Virus record (IMG/VR): IMGVR_UViG_3300044612_002649
DNA from: an uncultured virus (IMG/VR IMGVR_UViG_3300044612_002649)
Lineage: Duplodnaviria; Heunggongvirae; Uroviricota; Caudoviricetes
Reading direction: 5' to 3' (one strand)
DNA: 64,000 nt
Shown here piece by piece: positions 58,842 through 64,000 of this stretch. The position numbers and the translations under genes are program-made. The notes below the pieces were generated by a model. That model saw only the letters and a program-made list of their open reading frames with translations, did no database searches and had not been told where the DNA came from. Positions within the stretch are counted from its first letter, which is position 1, and each line of letters opens with the position of its first letter.

Positions 58842-59215
58842 AGTAGGGATTTCTCCCTACTAGGTATTTTTGGTTATAAGGTATTTCCTACCCCAGAATT
58901 CGCTGGTTATTAAGCAGCGATAGCATCAAAGATGCCATCTACAGTGTAGAATTCAAATTTAGAATCGTTTGCGATTACTATGTTTATGCTGATTAGGTCA
59001 GTCATCTCTCCTGTTGCCTTCTCTAACTCTTCGCCCAATCGAATCCAATACAGCCCCATCATAAAAACATAGATACTCCCCTTTTAAGGGGCAGGGAGTT
59101 TATGGCTATGGCCCCACTCTGATACCAACCTATGTTCTTATGGTGGAGCTGGCGGGTTTCGAACCCGCGTCTTGAACGCTTCCTCGTTGAAGGAATTACA
59201 ACAATTCTGTATATC
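58842..59215 (-). ncRNA. ssrA: Circularly permuted (two-piece) tmRNA
   Basis: Acceptor piece ending CAGCTCCACCA (59141) precedes GGGGCTG (59057); tag ANDSKFEFYTVDGIFDAIAA at 58972-58910; outer ends approximate. Confidence 0.9.
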
Positions 59216-59574
59216 TATACCGCACACCCTTGCGACTTCAGCCTGTTAAGGTAGAGCTACTAAATAGAACTCTATGACTTCTATATGTTAGCATAGATAA
59301 ATTAAATATCTAACTATGGTTCAATAATGGCGTACCACTCCTGATCATTTATACTATGTACCAGATTTAAGTTAGACTATTTGCTTATTATAGCATTATA
59401 TTTATATTTGTCAAGAATTATTTGTTACGTTTTACACGTGCTTTTGTTCTTGGTTGACCGGTTACTTTGTTATTTCTACTTCTAGCCATTTTCGGTACCT
59501 CTGTTGTTTAAGATGAGCTTATTATACATCAGCCAAACGTGATGTCAAGCATTTTTTAATAAATACTACTATTA

Positions 59575-60024
59575 ATGGAGAAGTATGTGGACATAGGTAT
59601 CCCTAATTTTGATTTTTTTAGTCTGGTACAACAAGCAGGATTCCCAATAGCCCTTGCAGTCGTGTGTGGCTGGTTTGTTATGCAAGCAATTCAGCTGGTG
59701 TTGGGTTCAGTGGTCAAATCCATTAAGAAGATGACATTTTTAATTAAATCAATGGATGGACGAGTGAAACAGATGAATGTTGATATTATTGAGATTGATA
59801 AATTGATTTCACAAGCATTAAATGTTCAATCATTGCCAGAAAAAATACATCATGAAGTAGCAGCGGTAATGAATAGTCATGATGTGAAACAACCAATACA
59901 AACTAACCCAGCTCCTGAGATTCCTAAAAAATCAATTCGTGAGAAACTTAAGAATGCGGTTGATAATGCAATCGATAAAAACGTTGATTCAATTATGGAA
60001 AAAGTAGAAGGAATTACAAAATGA
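59575..60024 (+). CDS. Holin-like membrane protein
   Basis: VQQAGFPIA TM helix plus coiled coil. Confidence 0.55.
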   Translation: MEKYVDIGIPNFDFFSLVQQAGFPIALAVVCGWFVMQAIQLVLGSVVKSIKKMTFLIKSMDGRVKQMNVDIIEIDKLISQALNVQSLPEKIHHEVAAVMNSHDVKQPIQTNPAPEIPKKSIREKLKNAVDNAIDKNVDSIMEKVEGITK

Positions 60025-60302
60025 GCCCAGAATATATAAAATTTTTTTCTGATACAATAACCCCAATTCTTGGTAGTTGTGTGTTAGGTGCATTTATATT
60101 CACCGCATTAAAATTTGTACTTGGTGATGTAATTACATCTGTTAGGACATTTGCTAGTATAGTTACTGCATTAGAGAACAGAGTTAGAATAACATCTAAT
60201 GAATTGGTAAAAATCGATGTTACAGTTTCTGCAAAACTGGGATTACGCCCTGATTTGGACAGAATTGCGAGATCAGTTAGAGATGATTGTAGGAGAGATT
60301 AA
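60021..60302 (+). CDS. Holin-like membrane protein (paralog)
   Basis: TM helix plus LENRV..ELVKID similar to 59575. Confidence 0.55.
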   Translation: MSPEYIKFFSDTITPILGSCVLGAFIFTALKFVLGDVITSVRTFASIVTALENRVRITSNELVKIDVTVSAKLGLRPDLDRIARSVRDDCRRD

Positions 60303-60560
60303 ATGGATATAACACAAATAGCAGATATTATAAATCGTTATGGATTTCCAATAATTGCCGCAGGATATATGTTGAAAATGGTGAAATATGTTTGGGATTT
60401 TACAATAAATGAGATTAATCCGGTACTGGTAGATGCAAATAAAGAATTAATTTCACTAATTGATAAAATTCGTCTAGTTGATGCGGATTGCCTTCGAATT
60501 ACTGCAAAATTGAATACAGTTCTTCAAATGCGAGAAAGTGAACAAAAAAATGATAAATAA
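60303..60560 (+). CDS. Holin-like membrane protein (paralog)
   Basis: INRYGFPIIA. Confidence 0.55.
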   Translation: MDITQIADIINRYGFPIIAAGYMLKMVKYVWDFTINEINPVLVDANKELISLIDKIRLVDADCLRITAKLNTVLQMRESEQKNDK

Positions 60561-60622
60561 GAATGTAGTTCGCGGAATGGGGATTCCCAACTACTTTAAT
60601 ACTTTACAGGAGTATCAACATG
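60552..60622 (+). promoter_or_regulatory. Conserved homing-endonuclease leader, copy 3
   Basis: GATAAATA; GTAGTT-CGC-GGAAT..ATTCC-CAACTAC; AATACT...AGGAGTATCAACATG. Confidence 0.7.
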
Positions 60623-61579
60623 AATATTTATCAACATCAAGGTGTGTTTGCTGCTAATTTAGCAACACAACACTATTATACTATAATAGAATATGCAATT
60701 CAACAACCTCGTAAAAAATATAGAAAGACAAACCCTCTGTATCAATATTACGAAGAGCATCACGTACTACCAAAATCAATATTTCCAGAATATAAAAAAT
60801 CATTATGGAACAAAGTTTTATTGACAGCAGAAGAACATTATAATTGTCATAAATTATTACTAGAAATGACAGATGGTAAAAATAGATCAAAAATGGTTTG
60901 TGCATTATGGTATATGACATCTGCAAGAACTCTAGACATGCATAGAAAAATACAGTCTGGTGAAGAATTTGAACAAGCAAAAATAAATTGGTCTGAATAT
61001 ATGTCAGAATTAAAATTGGGTAAAAAATGTTCTCAGGAAACAAAAGATAAAATATCAGCTTCTAATAAAGGGCGAAAACCATCTGCAGCTGCAATAGAAG
61101 CAGTAATAAAATATAATACTGGAAGAAAGAAATGCCCGATTTCTATTGAAAAATCAAGATTGGCACAACTTGGTAATACTAATGTAAAAGGGAGAAAATG
61201 TTGGACGAACGGTATAGAAGATACATTTTCAAACGACTGCCCGGGTGAAGGATGGTATATAGGAAAAACGTATAAGCACTCTGAACTCACCAAACGAAAA
61301 ATTGGAGAAGCCGGTAAAGGAAGAGTAATATCTGATGAAACAAGAAAGAAGATGAGTGAAAAAAGTAAAGGTATTAAAAAGGCTGAAGATTTTGGTGCTA
61401 AAATAAGTATAGCCAAAAAAGGAAAGAAAACCAACCAACAAGAAATAATGGGAAGAAAATATGCTTCAATGAATGATGAAGAATTTAATTCTTATATTTC
61501 TAAAATGAAATCATTATTGGCAAAAAACAGAGCAACTAATCTTCGTACAAAATGGATAAATATTGTACGAAGACCTTGA
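60620..61579 (+). CDS. HNH homing endonuclease with NUMOD3 repeats
   Basis: EEHHVLPKSIFP...NKVLLTAEEHYNCH; SQETKDKIS-type repeats. Confidence 0.88.
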   Translation: MNIYQHQGVFAANLATQHYYTIIEYAIQQPRKKYRKTNPLYQYYEEHHVLPKSIFPEYKKSLWNKVLLTAEEHYNCHKLLLEMTDGKNRSKMVCALWYMTSARTLDMHRKIQSGEEFEQAKINWSEYMSELKLGKKCSQETKDKISASNKGRKPSAAAIEAVIKYNTGRKKCPISIEKSRLAQLGNTNVKGRKCWTNGIEDTFSNDCPGEGWYIGKTYKHSELTKRKIGEAGKGRVISDETRKKMSEKSKGIKKAEDFGAKISIAKKGKKTNQQEIMGRKYASMNDEEFNSYISKMKSLLAKNRATNLRTKWINIVRRP

Positions 61580-61593
61580 TATTAGGGACAGTA

Positions 61594-61884
61594 ATGAGAG
61601 CAAGTGAATTTATAAATGAAGATTGGCAAAAAGTAAATAAAAAAGACAATACGGATGGTATGAGTCAAAAAGCAGTTAATTCTTATAAACGGGAAAATCC
61701 TGGTTCTAAATTAAAAACAGCAGTTACTACTAAACCTAGTGAGATTAAGAAAGGAAGTAAAGATGCCAATCGAAGAAAAAGTTTTTGTGCAAGATCAAAT
61801 GGACAAAAAAAGATGCATAACATAGATTGTTCAAGCACACCTGATAAGCCAATATGTAAAGCTCGTAAACGATGGAATTGTTAA
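61594..61884 (+). CDS. Small basic phage protein
   Basis: ENPGSKLKTAVT...RRKSFCAR...RWNC. Confidence 0.7.
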   Translation: MRASEFINEDWQKVNKKDNTDGMSQKAVNSYKRENPGSKLKTAVTTKPSEIKKGSKDANRRKSFCARSNGQKKMHNIDCSSTPDKPICKARKRWNC

Positions 61885-61893
61885 GGAAACAAA

Positions 61894-62448
61894 ATGGGAA
61901 TTGAAGATTTAGGATTAAAAGCAGCGAGGAAAGCTGAAGAAAAGCAAATATCCTCTGCTGGGGATAAAATCAAAAGTAGAGCTGGACTAGTAATTAATAT
62001 TTTTGCTGCATTATTAGCTGCTAATACATATATCAGCGGAACATTGAACAGTACTATAATGAATAACACTATTAAAGCTAATGATTTATGGAACTTTTAT
62101 CAAGCAAAAAGTATGAAACAAACCATGTATGAATTAGCAGCATCAGATGCTGACACGCCTGAACTTTCTAAAAAGTTTTTAGATAAGGCTGCCAGTTATG
62201 AAAGTGATCCAACCACACGTGAAGGAAAACAGGAGTTATTAGAAGATGCCAAAGCTTTGGAAGAAGCACGTGATGTTGCTAAAACAAAAACACCTTGGAT
62301 TTCTTATGCGAGTTCAGCATATCAATTAGCCATTGTATTATTGTCAACCAGTATATTATCAGCTAACATCTATTTGTTTTTTGGAAGTTTTATTGTGGCC
62401 GCCAGTGGTCTTGTACTAATGTTACAAGGAATATTTTTGTGGTGGTAA
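61894..62448 (+). CDS. DUF4337-like membrane protein
   Basis: ANDLWNFYQAKSMKQ; three TM segments. Confidence 0.7.
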   Translation: MGIEDLGLKAARKAEEKQISSAGDKIKSRAGLVINIFAALLAANTYISGTLNSTIMNNTIKANDLWNFYQAKSMKQTMYELAASDADTPELSKKFLDKAASYESDPTTREGKQELLEDAKALEEARDVAKTKTPWISYASSAYQLAIVLLSTSILSANIYLFFGSFIVAASGLVLMLQGIFLWW

Positions 62449-62543
62449 GAATTGCCGTAGGACCGTGACTCTGTTACGAAGGCGATAGGTGGCTACCACC
62501 TTTGGAACGCTGATTCGCTACCAGCGTTCCAAGAAGTGTAGTA

Positions 62544-64000
62544 TTACTTACTAGTGGCAACAAATGTGCCATCCCAATCTTCTGGTAATGAATTACTGTT
62601 TTTGTATTCAGCAATACGATCAATCATCATTTCATAATAATGATCCATGTCACCATCAAACTCACATAATAATTGTTTACACATTTCAGAAGCCACATCC
62701 CAATGTTTGCTTCGATAGGTATTTAACATTTGGTTGTGGTAAGATAATGCTGGATAATAATAATCATCATGATTAAAATCATCCAAATGGCTTAACACAG
62801 TAAAAATGTGTACTCCTTCTTTCTTACCTTTTACCGCGATTTTATCAAGTTCGATTATAAAGTATTCGTCTTTGATATAGTCTGCTGTCTTCGTGCCCAG
62901 AACGATTTTGACGCCGTATGGCTTGCTTTGGCCTTCAAGACGTGAAGCGAGGTTAACCCCATCTCCAAGGCAAGTATAATCAAAGCGCTGATTGCTACCC
63001 ATATTACCAACAACGACAGTATCAGTGTTAATACCAAGTCCCATACCGAATGCAGGTACCCCCTCTTTCTCGATCTCATCATTAAACTCCTTTAAGTTAA
63101 TTAACATTTGTAATGCTGTTTTTACAGCATGTTTTGCATGATCGGGGTCATCTAGTGGGGCATTCCAAAACGCCATTTGAGCATCGCCGATATATTTGTC
63201 TAATGTTCCATCGTTTTCAATGATTTTTGCGGTCATAGCAGTCATATAACGGTTCATTATTTGTGTCAATCCTTGTACATTTTTACCATAATGTTCTGAA
63301 ATAGATGTGAATCCACGTACATCTGTAAACATAATTGAAAGTTCACGTGACTCACCGCCTAATGTTAATAATTCAGGATTTTTCTGTAATTTTTCTACTA
63401 AAGCAGGGCTTAAATAAGTGCCAAATTGTTTTTTAATTTGTTGCTTTTGAAAGAATTCACTGAGGAATTTAACACCGTAAGCATGTAAACCAACCAACAC
63501 TATACCACTTACGAAAGCAGTTATGTCAAACAGATACAAATATGTTAAAAATACATAGTGACTGGCGAATACGGCACCAACTGACAGTGCAATTATTGAT
63601 GCTAGCCCAATATAAATCCATCTAGTGAGGAATAACAATATAGTACCAGTTATTAATAATACTAATACCTCCACGCCATCTGCATAATCAGGGCGTTGGA
63701 TAACAACCCCATTCATCATTGTTCCTATTACTGCTGCTTGTGCTTCATGTGGAAAGATAGCACCATTGGCAGTTGGTATTGGGTTACCAATCCCTGCTGC
63801 GGTTGGTCCAACAATGACGATCCCACCAATAAAATCGTAATCATCTGTGATAGTATTTAAACCTTTGTTGATAGACTTCTGACTCCAATCAATCCAGATA
63901 CGGCCTAAATTATCAGTAGTGATCGGTCCAAATTTAGGAATTCTCAGTTTTTCAACACCATTTTCATTTAGTTTGATTTGGAATGTAGTATCACCAGCCG
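62544..64000 (-). CDS. CHASE2-domain class III adenylate/guanylate cyclase (5' part outside the window)
   Basis: FTDVRGFT, DKYIGDA, GDGVNLASRLE, VKGK; frame stays open to the window edge with CHASE2-like IVIVGPTAAG..P..HE. Confidence 0.9.
   Translation of the reverse strand, partial: AGDTTFQIKLNENGVEKLRIPKFGPITTDNLGRIWIDWSQKSINKGLNTITDDYDFIGGIVIVGPTAAGIGNPIPTANGAIFPHEAQAAVIGTMMNGVVIQRPDYADGVEVLVLLITGTILLFLTRWIYIGLASIIALSVGAVFASHYVFLTYLYLFDITAFVSGIVLVGLHAYGVKFLSEFFQKQQIKKQFGTYLSPALVEKLQKNPELLTLGGESRELSIMFTDVRGFTSISEHYGKNVQGLTQIMNRYMTAMTAKIIENDGTLDKYIGDAQMAFWNAPLDDPDHAKHAVKTALQMLINLKEFNDEIEKEGVPAFGMGLGINTDTVVVGNMGSNQRFDYTCLGDGVNLASRLEGQSKPYGVKIVLGTKTADYIKDEYFIIELDKIAVKGKKEGVHIFTVLSHLDDFNHDDYYYPALSYHNQMLNTYRSKHWDVASEMCKQLLCEFDGDMDHYYEMMIDRIAEYKNSNSLPEDWDGTFVATSK

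Overview
AT-rich segment of a large T4-like (jumbo-type) phage genome, almost entirely on the minus strand. It carries structural genes at the left end, DNA/RNA repair genes (UvsE, ATP-dependent DNA ligase, Rnl1-like RNA ligase, Pnk-like kinase), host-like translation and proteostasis genes (IF-1, two Pth2-like proteins, YqeY, bL12-like domain, ClpP, GroES, PpiC), glycan-modifying enzymes, a Ter cluster, ten homing-endonuclease-like genes, 25 tRNA genes (one with a CUA amber anticodon) and a circularly permuted two-piece tmRNA. The main result lies in the tRNA region (33.3-51.6 kb). About 20 dispersed copies of an unannotated small-RNA scaffold share a covarying terminal stem (5'-AGGNNNN-xx-CAGCA...NNNNCCUG-3'). 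The stem encloses interchangeable tRNA-derived cargo: circularly permuted tRNA bodies (T arm, closed acceptor stem, D arm, as in bacterial YrlA Y RNAs) or isolated anticodon stem-loops (Lys, Ile, Cys, Ser, CUA). The array ends at a Ro60/TROVE-like DUF2828-vWA gene, which carries its own copy of the motif next to its Shine-Dalgarno sequence. At the head of the array is an attenuator-like element whose 45-aa leader peptide uses all 20 amino acids. A second family of long-stem small RNAs is also present. Working hypothesis (inference): a phage Ro-like/Y-like RNA system of tRNA mimics or decoys that responds to host attack on translation. All calls were made by eye; no searches were run.
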